This document shows positions 24,904-38,360 of a stretch of DNA of 64,000 bases, in pieces. The translations under genes and the position numbers were made by a program. A model generated the notes under the pieces. The model did no database searches. It was not told the DNA's origin and saw nothing but the letters and a program-made list of their open reading frames with translations. Every line of letters begins with the position of its first letter. Position 1 is the stretch's first letter. This stretch comes from Marsupella aquatica (taxonomy: Eukaryota > Plantae > Marchantiophyta), in contig OZ316895.1 in the NCBI GenBank assembly GCA_973895155.1, positions 21,090,458 through 21,154,457 of the forward strand, written 5' to 3'.

Positions 24904-27260
24904 GGTGGCGGCTGGGTTTAGAGATTATTTCCAGTGGGTCAGAGGAATTTACTTTTGATAGTCTGGAGCCCAACAAACTTCAAACCTGATCTAGCTACCA
25001 AATTGCACTTACAGGACTTGCTACCTATCAATGCCTCTTGGTCAATTAAGAGAGTAAATTAGGTTACTTCCTTAATTAAGACCTGAAACAAAAGAGGCAA
25101 GAAGAAACGTTTGACCTCGGTACACAACTCCCCATTTAAGGAAGTCTTAAATTCCTTACAATGACCAGATCCAGATATCCATTTGACAATGTCAAGCTTC
25201 ATTTTGCCTGACTAGTGAACTCTTGTATCCCTCTGAACTCTGTGAGGCAATCTAAAGATGTAATCTCAAGCCTAACTGGTTTTGATGTGGAAAGTTTTAT
25301 ATAGAAAGCCATTAATTATATTGGCCATTTAAAAAGACAGGGGCCTATAACCAAACTAGCCAGCATTTTAGCATTTTGATTAAAAATTTGAGAATATTTC
25401 TATTTAAAACAGACACAGCAAGTTTAGGGAATCTTCAGAATATAATGAGGCTCTAGACGCTCTTGTCACAATTGTCTCTCTCTTGGTCCTTCTGTCAATG
25501 TGAAAGGAGAAACAAAGGGCTACTGGGGAACCTGTGGGCCTGACTGCTGGGGGAAACAAAATGTCCCCTGCAAGGGGGTCATTTCCATGAGACTGACCCA
25601 ATCTTGTGTGACCCATCATGTGTGACCCCTTTACAAATTAATTTCAATTGGCAAATTCTTTTCAAGAACTTAATGGAAAGATCCAAGGGGGTTTTAGTTT
25701 GAAAAATGTCATATATCACCATCATATGATTAATGTCATACAACTTTATCTGAAGTTATTCAGAGGTTCAAAAATCCCAATCCAGCCCACGTGATGTACG
25801 ATCCTTGATATAATGGCTCCTTTCTGCTCCTTATGACACCCTTTGCTTTTGGCGAAAATGTGAAAAATTACTGGGAATGATGATGTAGCGCTTCAGTTTG
25901 GAGAAAATCTGAAATTCACTGGGAACTCTAATTGATTATGTCCTCATAGTACCTGACAGTCAGTTGATTTCGATCAGGTTTGTTCTGCTGGACAGTAATT
26001 AATAACCAAATATTGGAGTAGTCAAAAGTTAAGTATCGATCCACTCGCTGCCCCGTAGGGATGGAGTTGGCACAATGGATTTGTAGGTTTTCTAAGGTGT
26101 ACGATAATCGTCTAGTAGTGGACATTGAAGCCCCTACGCTGTACATCTCACATTCAGGTGACAGTAGGAGGAGAGAAAGATCAATGTGGAGAAAGCAAAG
26201 CGTGTCCAGTAGTGTTCAAATTATATGAGTTTGGAGTGGTTTTATCCCCACAATTGCTCAAATATGATCGATACCTGACAGACCTCAATAAAATTCATGG
26301 TGAACGCCACTTTAAACGAGTGGATCAAGGAGACTCAAATATGATCAATGGGTAGGACAGTAAATAAAAAATATGGAAGAAATGCCAACTTTCGAAGATT
26401 TACGGTCAGTCCTAGTTCACACAAATTAATAGAGATTTCTGAATCACAGATATACACATGCGGCTCCTCGTGTATATTCAGCTTGATTCCTAGATCCCGC
26501 TCACTTGACGTGTTAGAAGTGCTGATCATTGCCCATGAAGCACAGTGCTGATCCATTGAAGCACACGTATATTATATGCGTAGACATGCCACAGAAGTGG
26601 GTGTACGATCACTAGCCGTCCCCTAATCTGGAAGTCCATTCCAAAACCTTTTAATTTCTCAGCTTCTGTGTTTTGAATCCATTGCTCTAACCCAGCTAGT
26701 TTAACGTTTACTCTGTAACAGAAGCACGTACTTCTGCGCGATCGTTACTTAGTGTTCGGGTACAACAACAAAACAACAACACGCAGTCAGGCAAGGCATC
26801 AGCACACAACACCAGACAGGGACTCTAAGCCTGACAGAGCCTTGCACACACGGTCTCTTGGTGTCCAGTAACAAGGAGACTAGTGTAGAACCAGCAATAA
26901 GTGGTCAAGTACGTACTCGACCCTCAATGCAATTCGTCTCAGCAAGTACCATGATTGCAGCCAAAGCAAAGAGCTACAATCCGAGCCAGAATCCAGCCAC
27001 ATAGCATCCAAATCGCATCACGTACGAAGATTGGCCTGTCGACCAGAAACAAAGTCTGGCCGGCGTGCCTTGGGTTCTTCAAATATTGATTCGACCCAGA
27101 CAGCTACATGCAGTAAAAATACAAACAAACAAAATTGACAAGAGCAAGGGTCAATGTTGCTAGTTAAACAGGGGCTTCTCTCATTCTTGACACAAAACTT
27201 GACAGTTATGAATTTATATTACATTCGCTACGAGAAGAATGGCAGCCCAGATTGGCAATT

Positions 27261-27410
27261 ATAATGCTAAATTAATATATCGCGCTTCCTACGAATGTAG
27301 AGTTGCAAGATTTATTGCTCAAACTACCCATTTTGAAGCGGGTTTTGAAAATAAGGCTAAATTAATATTTACGCTCCTACAAAAGTGAAGTTGCAAGATT
27401 TCTTGCTTGT
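27261..27410. repeat. Diverged ~90-bp-period duplication just downstream of the decarboxylase stop
   Basis: ATAA(T/G)GCTAAATTAATAT...GTTGCAAGATTT at 27261 and 27351. Confidence 0.7.
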
Positions 27411-27488
27411 AGTCCAATTTCAATATATATCTGACGTTATTTCTTCAGCCCTATGGTCCCCATTGTGTCTCTACTTATGTGGGGTTTC

Positions 27489-29971
27489 CTAGCTGCTTTG
27501 GTCCTCAAATGCACCATCCTTTGACAGGTCTAGGATGAACTTATCAATCAAATCATGAGTAACATGCTCCATAGCATAAGCATGAACCAGATACCGCCCA
27601 CTTTCTGTTTCCTTAGAGAGACAGTATTTCTTGACAATCTGGTCATTTGGTCTTCTAAAAACTACACCCAAGGAGCGACTCCAACGCTGGATCCACAAAT
27701 CACGATCCTTCAAGTGGGGATGAAGCTTCCCCTCCTTCACCAAATCATGCAGCTTCTGCAAGCTCTCGACTAGATAAGTGGCTACGGTCTGCGTATACAC
27801 TGCCTTCTCCATTAGTTGATCGAACGAGTGACGGGCGAAGTGATCCCACAGAATGACACTCGCGAGACCGTTTCGAGAACCGGCGAAGGTAGTGTCAGGC
27901 GTTCCGACAACGTTCGGAATTTCGGGAGGCATCAGTTGCAATTTGCTTTTGGTCATGTAGATGCCCGTTGGGAACGGAGCTCCAATGTATTTGTGAGCAC
28001 TCATAGCGATGGAGTGAACGACTTCCACATGACTGTAGTCTTTCTCGGTGGACCCATTCTTCCTCTTGGGCCCTCTCAAGGCGAAGTCGAACTCAGGCAC
28101 CGTGAGTTCTTTTGGGAACTTGCCGCACGCTTGAGCCATCCTGAGGAAAGGGATGTACGCTGCACCCAGAGCACCGTCCACATGGATCCAGAAACCATTC
28201 CGTTTCACTCTGATCTTACTTCCATTGCTGCCCTTCACTTCTATAACACGTTCGAGGAGCCCATATTTATCCAGAATGGGAATCAGCAACTGGGACGCTC
28301 TTTCCACATCATCATACGAACCCTTGAAAGTCGTGCCAAAGTTGAAGCAGATCAGGGGAGGGTACCCTTTCGAAGCGAAGAATTCTACCAACGTCATAAG
28401 AGCTTCCACATTCATAGATCCATCAGGATTCGACGGCACTTTCTCTGGCCAAGTGTCATACCCTTTCAATGGACACTTCGGGTACTTCATGTTTCCATAG
28501 GCGTCCTCTTGCGTGGCCTCATCGTAGAACGTGCGAATGTTAAGGATCACCATGGACTTGTGGAGAGAGTAATGGGAATCCTCAGAAAAGAAGCATATCG
28601 GTGTCAGTCGATTGACGTTCGGATCATGTGCAAATCCCCTTCGTCTTTTATACAGCAGGTGTTTGGGCATCCCGTATTTTGGCGGTGTTAATGTGGATAG
28701 CTCCTTGATGCTCTCCTTCTCGCCTAATACTTCGTCCATGAGCATGACTTTGCCCTCCAGATAGTCACGTCCATTCCATAGGCCATACAATGTACCCTCC
28801 GTGCATCCCATCGAGAGAACAAAGCCCCAATACGAGCTTGGATTCTGGGGTCTAGCAGGGCCATTGTCTGCAGCAGATGCCTTTTGGTAGCAGTCGTGAG
28901 GCCACTCCGCCCTCCAAAGGGCTGCAAAGTAGTCCAGAACTGCTCGCTCCATATATTTCGTCTGATTCATATGGTTCCCTGTTAGAAAAGGGTCTCCAAC
29001 GTTGTTCAACTGCAACGTACAGATAAGAGGCAGAATTTATTAGAACAAGTAAACAGCAAAAGCCATATCGATTGACATCCTAGCTATACAGCCCACTGAG
29101 TTCCAACAAAATCATATCTGCAACGTAAATCATTCAGTAAACAATGAGAGAATTTGGACTAATCACTCTCTATTAAAGACGATTCGTGCTAGGTATCTAG
29201 CCCACTGAGTTTCAATTTACGAAATCACATCTGCACCCTAAATCGTTCAGTAAACATTGAAATATTTCGAGTAATCACTCCATATGGACGATTCATGCTA
29301 GCTATGCAGCCTACTGAGTTTCAACAAAAACCATATCTGCACCCTAAATCGTCCAGTAAATATTGCAAGTATTCCGAGTAATCATTCCATTAAGGAAGAT
29401 TGATGCTAGCTAGCTATGCAGTCAACTGAATTTCAACAAAATTATATCTAGCTGCACGCTAAATCATTCAGTAAACATTGAAAGTATTTCGAGTAATCAC
29501 TCCATTAAGGACGGAAAAGAAGCCAGCTTCTTCCCTTCAAAACCAATGAACGAATGATGCATGCATACGTCAAGGCACGTTTCGGGTTCTCACATGGTTA
29601 TTCAAGTAGTGCGACAAATGGGTGTACGAGTTCGCCAAATTCGCTTGAAACCCCAGATAGGTTGACTTGACTGCATCATGATAACGTTTGGATACATCAA
29701 GTGCAGACTCATGACGGTTCTTCGAGACAGGAGGACCATCACCCTGCTGCAGCCGGTACAAATCGTACTGCACCTTGGCCAGTTGTTTGTCATCTAAGTT
29801 CCCTGCTGCAACACCTGCATGGTCAAGAAGCTCACTCGGCATTACAGCACTGGCATTACGTAGCAGAAGCGGAGTGACTGGATATTCATCTCCTGGGTTC
29901 TTCCAGCTCTTCGACAGAAGCTGGCCAGTTCCCGACAGGCAGCTCAAGCCTTCCTCTCTCAATGTAGCCAT
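27489..29971 (-). CDS. PLP-dependent group II amino-acid decarboxylase (histidine/serine/valine decarboxylase-like), ~632 aa; exons 29971-29594 and 29009-27489
   Basis: One phase-0 GT-AG intron joins YLGFQAN...YLNNH|LNNVGDPF. Motifs ERAVLDYFAALW, WGFVLSMGCTEGTLYGLWNGRDYL, SHYSLHK, NFGTTFKGSYDD, WIHVDGALG, PLP-lysine SAHKYIGAPFPTG, DTTFAGSRNG. The ORF is intact. Confidence 0.93.
29080..29513. repeat. Intronic tandem array, 4 x ~110 bp
   Basis: Units CTAG..TAT..AGCCCACTGAGTTT...TCAGTAAACATTG...TAATCACTC start near 29080, 29189, 29298 and 29408. Confidence 0.9.
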
Positions 29972-30078
29972 CACCCAAGCGGGCACCAGAGCTAGCCTGG
30001 ATAGTCTGAAACTCTGAGCTCCAAGCTAGTTACTTAGTGATTTCAACCTGATGTGCAGAAGCAATCAAGTCAGTCCCC

Positions 30079-30086
30079 TTATATAG
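30079..30086 (-). promoter_or_regulatory. TATA box of the decarboxylase gene
   Basis: CTATATAA on the minus strand ~108 nt upstream of the ATG at 29971. Confidence 0.6.
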
Positions 30087-30244
30087 CAGAGCTTGAAGGG
30101 AATCCTGGTTGAGAGAACCTTCAGATGCCGCTGCTATAGATTCTGAACTCATCACTACATGTGCATAACTACTTGTTAGATGGAAAAGTGTGTTTTCAGT
30201 GCGACTTAATCGGCTTTGGACTCGTTTATGAGTCACTCGATCAC

Positions 30245-30396
30245 TCTACTGGACAAGCTGTCCAACGCCATCTATTACGTACTTAGCTGTTAAAATATTG
30301 CAGAAAAAACAGTAGCTCTACTGGACAAGCTGTCAAATTTCAACGCCATGTATTACGTACTTAGCTGTTAAAATATTGGAGAAAAAACAGCAGCTC
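30245..30396. repeat. Tandem duplication (~70-77 bp x 2) in the decarboxylase upstream region
   Basis: CTCTACTGGACAAGCTGTC...TATTACGTACTTAGCTGTTAAAATATTG occurs twice; each copy has an ACGT core. Confidence 0.85.
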
Positions 30397-30769
30397 AAAG
30401 TTGTCCTCCTTTAGAGCTCGAAACTTGGCCTTACTCAATTTCGACGTCTGGAAAATTAGTTTAATTTAAAAGCTCGACTACGAGCTCGTCCCTAGATTTA
30501 TTTTTCTTAATTAGTTTACACCAGTGACAGCTGCCTTTCAAGAGCTAAGGGTTACTCATGGGATCCAAATTTCACTATTAACAATAACAATAAATTCTGT
30601 CTGAAATTGTGAAGCTAACTCGCACCTTAGAAAAATTGTGGAAAAAGGGAGATCGAAGGCTTGAACACTTATATATATATATATATAGTTGTGATTTGAT
30701 AAGTAAACCAGAGAAATTAAATCAAATCCAGCGCAAGGTTCCCCCTTAGGCCCAACCAAGGTAAAGCCT

Positions 30770-31059
30770 TCGGGCCCTGGAAAATTCTCCTCGCTCTAAG
30801 GTGGACTCCTATCATGCACAATGTTTTTGGGTAATAAGTATTAAAGATATAAGTAAGTTTCAAATTAAATTTCTACCCACCTATGTTTGGAATTCCCCAA
30901 ATTAAAATGTTTAAATTAATAAAGCCTACCGTTTCCTAAAAAAATAGGATTAAAAACCCTAAATTTAATTTCATAAAAATGATACAAAATAATATTTCAC
31001 TAAATCCAATCTACTTACTTAGGTGTGATAAATCAGAAGAAATAAGTGGGGACATTGGG
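30770..31059 (+). mobile_element. Degenerate copy of the CTCGGGG-terminus MITE-like family
   Basis: Internal similarity to 37746-38360 (GGAATTCCC, GGATTAAAAACCCTAAAT, TTTCACTAAA.CCAAT, GTGTGAT...GAAATAAGTGGGGAC). No clear TSD. Confidence 0.5.
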
Positions 31060-32018
31060 CTCCACCCTAACCCTTGTTGTGTCAACAATTATGGCAAATG
31101 GGAATTCCAGTCAGAGAAAATCTGCCTTCTCCGTGATGTAGATTTTATGGAAAACAAAGCTTCCACGTTCAAATGACTATTTTTCAACTTTTTGCTGTAA
31201 GTTTCTTTGGTTGGGTGTACGTCCAACAAATCCTTAGAGGAATGGAGAAAATTTTTGAAACCCAACATGTAGGTAGTCACTCAGACATGTAGGTAGTCAC
31301 TCAGATGTCAGACCACTCTTTTACGACAATTTCCATGGCATTTGAGGGATCAGATATTATTTTATACACAAGTACAACTAGTCCACATGAATGTTTGTCT
31401 GTTGCATGATTTTTGTTCTGGCAGTCAATCAAAACGTTGAAAATGTTGCAAATTAAATGAGATATATTGTCATGGAGGGCAAGGCCATGGGCGGGGCCAT
31501 GGGGGAGTGCAAGATGGGCGATGGCAGCGGGGATGGCAGCTGGGGCATTGCCGGGGTGCACACACTATATGGAGGGAGATTGACTGATTTTCTCTCACCA
31601 TTGTTTCTTCCTGCCAACATGAAACACAAGGATGAAGAACAATTCAATTGACCCCAAAAGCTGGAAATTCTCTTCTACATGAAAAAACCAAAAACCTCTC
31701 ATGTCACTATATACTTCTCATGTGCTGGCTTCGCGCAACAAACTACTTTATGTATTGGCATAATTACAGTATAATCACTACATGTACCTAGTTGTAGAAG
31801 CAAGTATGTCCCATGGTCTCTTTGGGCACCCTTTTTCACTTAATCCACAAGTGTCATACATATATACTGACCTTGGAAAGCATTGAGAGCATTTATTAAC
31901 TTGTTCCCTACTTATTAACTTCAAGTTTTTAAATAGAGTATGGAGGGGCTTTGGAGTGATCTCCTCTTACTTTAGAGTTTCCAAGAACAAGAAACAGTTT
32001 CCAAGAACAAGAATCAAA

Positions 32019-32316
32019 CCCGGGGTCCTCACTTATTTTCTACCCATCACGCAAAAGTAATTATAGGGTTTGTTTATTGGGTTGAGAACAATACTTTTAG
32101 ATTTCTGTAGAAGAACATTAATAGGGTTTTTTAAATACAATTTTGAGAATTATACGAAAAGATAGGATTTAATAAATAAAAATTAGAAATATTTTTAGAA
32201 TACTCCAAAAAATAGGGGTAGAAAAACAGTTCCAATTTTTATTTATATTTTTAAGGTATTTAATAGGTAAAATATCAACCATGTTATGAAAACCCCTCTA
32301 GAGTGAGGGCCCTAGG
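32019..32316 (-). mobile_element. MITE-like element, inverted copy
   Basis: Begins CCCGGGGTCCTCACTT (reverse complement of the end of 37746-38360), ends GGGCCCTAGG, and is flanked by duplicated (G)AATCAAA(C). Confidence 0.7.
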
Positions 32317-33504
32317 AATCAAACAACCATATATTAATATCTAGCTTTAATTCTACATGTACACTTCCTAACTCTTCAACTTTGTATCATAGACCAGCTA
32401 TATATACGTCTAGAGAACCAAGAGTCCTGTAATTATGAAAATTTCCACCTTCAATTAGATTCCAATGCAGCCCCATATTTAAGTGAGAAAATAATTGTTT
32501 ACAAAGAATTAATTGGCAACTCAAAGAATGAGTGCAAAGTAAGGTCCAATACAAGTGTTTACATCACAAGTGACAAGAATTGAGCTCAATTAAGACCTAC
32601 ACCTTTTTTTCCCATAGCTACTTTCTCTATTGTAGCTTTGGAATTTTCCTCTAGTTATATTTGTGCTCAACAATGTTGATGCAATGATAAATATATAGTA
32701 ACCAATCTATTTCATTTGAGTTGTCTTTTGATAGTCCCTAGCGGACTCACTTCCAAGAAAATGACATATCACATTAATTTGACAAAACATAGAGTCAATT
32801 TTATTGGTTCTAAGGGAAGACAAAAAGATTTCTTTAATTTCAAAATTATAGGGTCTTTTAAATTCAATTTTGAGACTTGTAAAAAAAGATAGTTCTTAAA
32901 AACCAAATTTTAAACTATTCCATATTAGCAAGGGTAAAAATCTAAGTTTCTTAAATAAAAATTTAAATTGTAAATTTTAGCATAACATAAATTTCAAAAT
33001 ACTAAACAAGATTTGTTGTAGAGGACAAGATCATAAGATTTGGTTAATTTTAATATTTTTTTCCACACCAAAGACTTACTATTTTTTGTAAACTACATAT
33101 TTGGAATTTTTGAATGTATCAAGTTTCTTAGACTAAGATAAAAATTGTAATCATGTATCATTAAATGCAATATAAGGAACTAAATATATATCAAAGAAAG
33201 TAGTTGTGTACTTGGGGAGAAATCTTTAAGCAATGGTTTCCATGCATGAACAAGAGATGATGACTTGGTCATGTATCAGATTTAGATGTTATTTTTGGAA
33301 AAAAACTAGTTTTGAAAGAGAATGTTAGGGAATGATAGGACAAGGATCTAACCATTATAGTAAGGTTTCTCCTCATGATTACTGGGTCATTTTGTTGGCA
33401 TATTGAATTAAAGGCCTTGGAAAGTAGGACAAATAAGATTCTCTTGACAATATGTTGTGCCCTTTTCTAGAATACATAGGAAAAGTCCCATAAGTGCGCT
33501 TTGC

Positions 33505-33730
33505 ACAAAAGATGTTGAGGTGAGAAAATATATTGAGGTGAAAAATATATTGGTGAGAGAAAAAATCTTAAAGTAAGGAAAAGAAGGAAAGATGAGAAAT
33601 TTATCTCGAGGAGGAAAAAAGATGGTAAGATGAGAAAAAGATAAGATGTCAAGGTGATAAAAAGATGTTAAGGTGAGAATAGATCTCACGAAGAGAAAAA
33701 AGATGTGAAGGCAAGGAAAAATGTTGAGAG
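33505..33730. repeat. Degenerate purine-rich ~19-bp tandem repeat (AAAAGATGTTGAGGTGAGA-like)
   Basis: Repeated AAAAGAT/AAGGTGA units are visible directly. Confidence 0.55.
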
Positions 33731-36700
33731 ATCAATATAACATTCAAAAAATCAGTAGCAGAAAAGGGGACTTTTATGACCACAATACATATGACTTATT
33801 TGCACAAATGACAAAAAACATCAATGACTAGGCAAGAAAATATAAGCTTTGGAATATTTTTATGGAGACATAATATGTGTGATCCTAGCTATGCAAAAAT
33901 TATTGTGGTTGTGTTCAATAACCCATGCATTGCACTTAAGAATTACATTGGCGAGATTGCGGTCACCGCATCATGGAGTCCAAGCAAAACTAAGTGTAAG
34001 AAAAAATTGAATATTTTTTAGTTTTAAATTTTAGAAAATTTAATATTTTTATTTTATTTATATTCAAAGTTTTTCAAAAAAATTAATTATTAAGTTTATA
34101 TCTTGGGCAAACATTTATTTTAGATGACAGAGATTTATGGATAGATCTTGCGGTGTTTTAAAAAACAATGTTTGGGTGGAAGGTCAAGATTGGTTTTACT
34201 TTTGTATCACGTTTGTAAATCGATGATCCCATCTTTTGGCAGGGTAGGGAATTATAGTGGTAGAAGGTACTACTTCTACTATATGAAGTTTTTAAAGTCT
34301 CATTTCTTACCTCAATTTGCTTTCCTCCAATTACAAGTCATTAATAGGCTTTTTGTTCTCCACGGACCATTCATAATAACTTTTTAATTAATTAACAATT
34401 ATTCCTTAATATTATATTTTTGTCCAAAAATACAATATTGAGGTCCAAAATATCATTCCTCAATATTATATTTTTGATTAGCCATCTAGTTATACCACTT
34501 GATTTTTTCAGATTTTATAATGAATTTCAATGTTATAAGATGCCATTTATGTAGGGAGACTATAAAAGTTATGATACTAATTACGGTGAATAGTATAGAA
34601 GTCTAAATATGCAACGTTAGGGAAACATTGATCGTGTTTCCATGTGAAAAAACTGTTAAAACTAACTTGAGTTGTATGGTTATTAATAGAAGGTTTTGTA
34701 GCAAAATTAGCCAACATTATTTTAATCAAATTTTATTTTTAATTTAAGATTTTTACTTTTAATAGAAAAAATAGAAAAGTAAAAAAGTAGCAAAACATGT
34801 TTTTATGATCTAATAAATTCTAAACCCTATTTATTAGAAACGGTTTCTAAGGCCATAATCCTAATCATTCTCACTTTGCCCAAAAGAAGACACCAAAAAT
34901 CCTCCAGAAAATGAGGTGTCATACTAGATCATAGACTTAACTGACGCCCTTAAGATATGCCTTCAATTACCTGTAAAAGCAGTATCCAGTAGTAATGTTG
35001 TTAAATAAACATTTAAATATCTGTGAACAAGTGGTTTCTCTAGAGCCAGTAATTTTTGAGAAGGATGTCATACATGACAAAGCCTAGCTATGTGATTACA
35101 GTCTTTCTGAGCAACACTGTCAATATTTAGGCCATAACATTTTTCACTTCATTCAAAGATCAAGAGAACAGCTGTTGACCCTAAATTTATGTTGCCATTT
35201 TTGTGGACAAGCCTGTTGTATGAGCATAAGGGTGTCAAATATTAACAAGCATGTTTCAGAGTTTTTGAAACTTTATATCTATTCATATCTACTACTGTAC
35301 TTCTTTTGTTAATTGATTGCCTTGCAAGGCCATTGTGTGTTAAAAAAAACGATTTTAAAAGATTGATGTGGGTTGTTTGCACTAAACACAAGAGTGTGGC
35401 CTCCTCTAATATAATCAATGTTTCAAATAATGTATTATTTTGTGATGCTTGAACTCACAGGCTCTCACTTTGTTTGTTTGTGTGAAATTTTGGATGAATG
35501 TCAAAACTTATAATTAATCCAAACAAGCTAAACCAAGAGATAAACAACTACTGTAGATATTGAAGTGATTGCATCCATGTTTCAATGAGCAAGAGGTCCC
35601 TTATTTTTATTTTTTTCAAGATTGCACTGTAAGTTGAGATCTAGAATGGACTCTTAGGCTCAGGCCTTAACACTTTTGAACTGTAAAAGTTAAGCAATTG
35701 CCCAGGTTACAATTCCATGAATCTATGTTAAGTACCTATTTGTCTGTGCTGCCTTATTAACTACAAGTACCACACCTTCAGCTAGAGCTAGGAAATAAAC
35801 AAGTAATTTTGGAGATATAAGATATCTACATATATTAACAAGAGTCAGGAGGACATCAAGAGAACAAGATTTTGTTGAAGTGCTACTTGGAATGTTTACC
35901 ATATATTTCTGGTAACTAATTAACGACAATGTGAAGTAATTAAGATGAAGTCTAGTAGGATCTCTAATTTGGGTGATAAAATCCGTAATAGATATTTGAG
36001 TCACAGTTGTCTATAATTGATCATTTGGGAGATCATTCTCACAAGGATAGTGAGTAGTTTCTTATTCATGTGCATATAACTTTCTATCACACTCAAAATC
36101 AAATTAAAAACAAGTGTCCTGATTTCCAGGGATCTGATTCTTCTTCATTTGGCTCTGCTGCCGCAAATGCTGTCGTCATGATTTAACTGTTTCTTGGCAT
36201 GGAATCATTTGCATCTTGAAAGTCACCTAGTCATGATCATTATATAAACCTAGCCTGCAGACGTACTATCTTTGTGAACTCGACAGCAATCTGTCTTTTA
36301 GTTAGACAAATACCTTCAAAAGCCTACTATTTTGAAATTGGCATTGATAATCATGGAAGACCAACCAAAAAAACATCAAGCGCAAAGTTCTTTTTTCAAG
36401 CTTTGGTGTTATGATCACAACTGCCCTTATATATAAAGAGCTACGGATTACCCATACTCATTATAAAGTACACACGTTCAAGAATCATGGGCTTTAACTT
36501 CACAAAGGTGGTGAGTGATTCATCTTTTATTGGCAAGTGCTCCATATTTTATGGTGAGACATTGCTCTCGACAGGATACAAATGAGGAGCGGTGAGGCAG
36601 GGAAAAGGGCTTTTATATGAGCAAGTGTGGTTTGAGGGATGACATAATTATGTAATTGGCTATAACATGAAGATGTAGTGTGTGATTGCTTTGTTATGGA

Positions 36701-37745
36701 CTATCCTATTTCCTCAAATGGTTTATAAATCTTTACAATGGATGAGGAAGCTGCTGGTGCAAGCAAATATATTATCCAGGTATTGGTAGAGGGCAACTAC
36801 AGATATTATTTGTTCTATGTTTTTCTATGTTTAAATATTTTCTTCAGTTGACTTTTAACTTTCAAGCATAAAACTAATTTTTGTCAAGAATAATTTGTGC
36901 TCCAATTAAGCAAAACTTGGACCCCACTCCATTCCAGTAGGATTAGCAACAGTTCAAGATTGCCCTGAGGATCTTGTAAAGCAACCTTAAACATCTTTTG
37001 ACACCCAAAATTATGTGCATTTATACCAATAGTTGTTGTCTAAAGAATGAAAATAATATGCAGGATAGTCCATCAAAGTTTGGATGATTTATCAAAATTA
37101 TTTGCCAGACTTTAAGGCCTGTTTTCTCTCTTTTCTAAGTGTAAAAGAATCGGAAGAGAAAATATTTATTTGTTTTCAACTTCAATTAAGAAAAATCCAA
37201 ATAGAAAACAATGCTTCTTCTGGTCAAAGAGAATTTTACAAGATTCATTAAAAACTAAATTGTGTGTTGACATTGGGGTAAATTTTTATTTAATTTTAAA
37301 GTTTGGCACAATGATAGATATAGCTGGTCTATTCCAAGACAACTATTTTCACCAATCCACAATCAAGTCTATGCTATCTTATTTAGAGTATTCATTAATC
37401 TAACTGATTTATGACACACAAGCTATCATATGGTATTCAAGACCACAAAAGATGCTTAGTGTTCCACCTTGTATTATGAGTAGTGAGACATGGAATGGGG
37501 CTTTTCCTTGGAAACATGGAATGGGGCTTTTATAGTGGCACATGTGGTTTCATAAAGTTAAGAGAGATGCAATGCTTTCTGTAGGATCAAAATGGACAGC
37601 ATCACGTCTCATAATCATCAATCATTCAGGCTCACTCAAGTACACCGACACAAAGATATGTGGTTAGGGCTACATCCACGGCCGCACCAAGAGCTTCACT
37701 ATGAACATGAAAAGTACATATCAACATAGCTCTTTGATCCAAGCT

Positions 37746-38360
37746 CTCGGGGGCCTCAATCCAAGGGGTGTCCCATATCACGCTCAAAGTTTTGGGGGAA
37801 TAAACACCCTAATAGTTAAATCAATAAAGTTTTTTGGGGGAATTGTTTTATCCATAACTTAATAAAATATTCCAAGAATATTCCCATATTTGATTTTAAA
37901 AAACCCTATGATTATTATAATTCTCGGGGGTCTCACTATATGGGGACCTCCCCATCGCCTGCGACGTTTTTAGGCCTCGGACCCCCTAAAATGTAAGAAT
38001 TTTTTTTAATTTTTTAACCCCTATAAAGTTGGAATATTCTTGGAATATTCCAAAAATTGGATTAAAAAGACCCTAATGTTCTTATAAGTGTCAAAATTAA
38101 ATTTAAAAAACCCTATTGTTCTTCTACAAAAAATTTTAAGTCTTCCCTTAGAACCAATAAAATGACCCTATCCTTCGTCGCACGTGATATGTCATTTTTG
38201 TGGAAGTGAAACCCCTGAGTTATAATTCTCAAAATTGGATTAAAATATCCCTAAATATTGTTCTTCAACAAAAATTAAAAAGTATTTCACTAAACCCAAT
38301 AAAAAAACCTATACTTATTCACGTGTAATGGGTCGGAAGAAAGGAAGTAAGGACCCCGGG
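37746..38360 (+). mobile_element. MITE-like element A inserted in the copia-1 3' LTR
   Basis: 8-bp TSD TCCAAGCT (37738-37745 and 38361-38368); imperfect TIRs CTCGGGGGCC / GGACCCCGGG; AT-rich non-coding interior. Confidence 0.85.
37923..38219 (+). mobile_element. MITE-like element B nested inside element A
   Basis: 8-bp TSD TTATAATT (37915-37922 and 38220-38227); TIRs CTCGGGGGTCTCAC / GTGAAACCCCTGAG match at 12 of 14 positions. Confidence 0.88.

Noticed and set aside
27816-28691. 291-aa plus-strand ORF
   Set aside because: It is the antisense shadow of the decarboxylase exon, with no motifs and a non-ATG start.
31089-31651. Ala/Pro/His-rich short ORFs
   Set aside because: They are short, interrupted by stops and a 20-bp duplication, and have no recognisable domain; probably TE debris.
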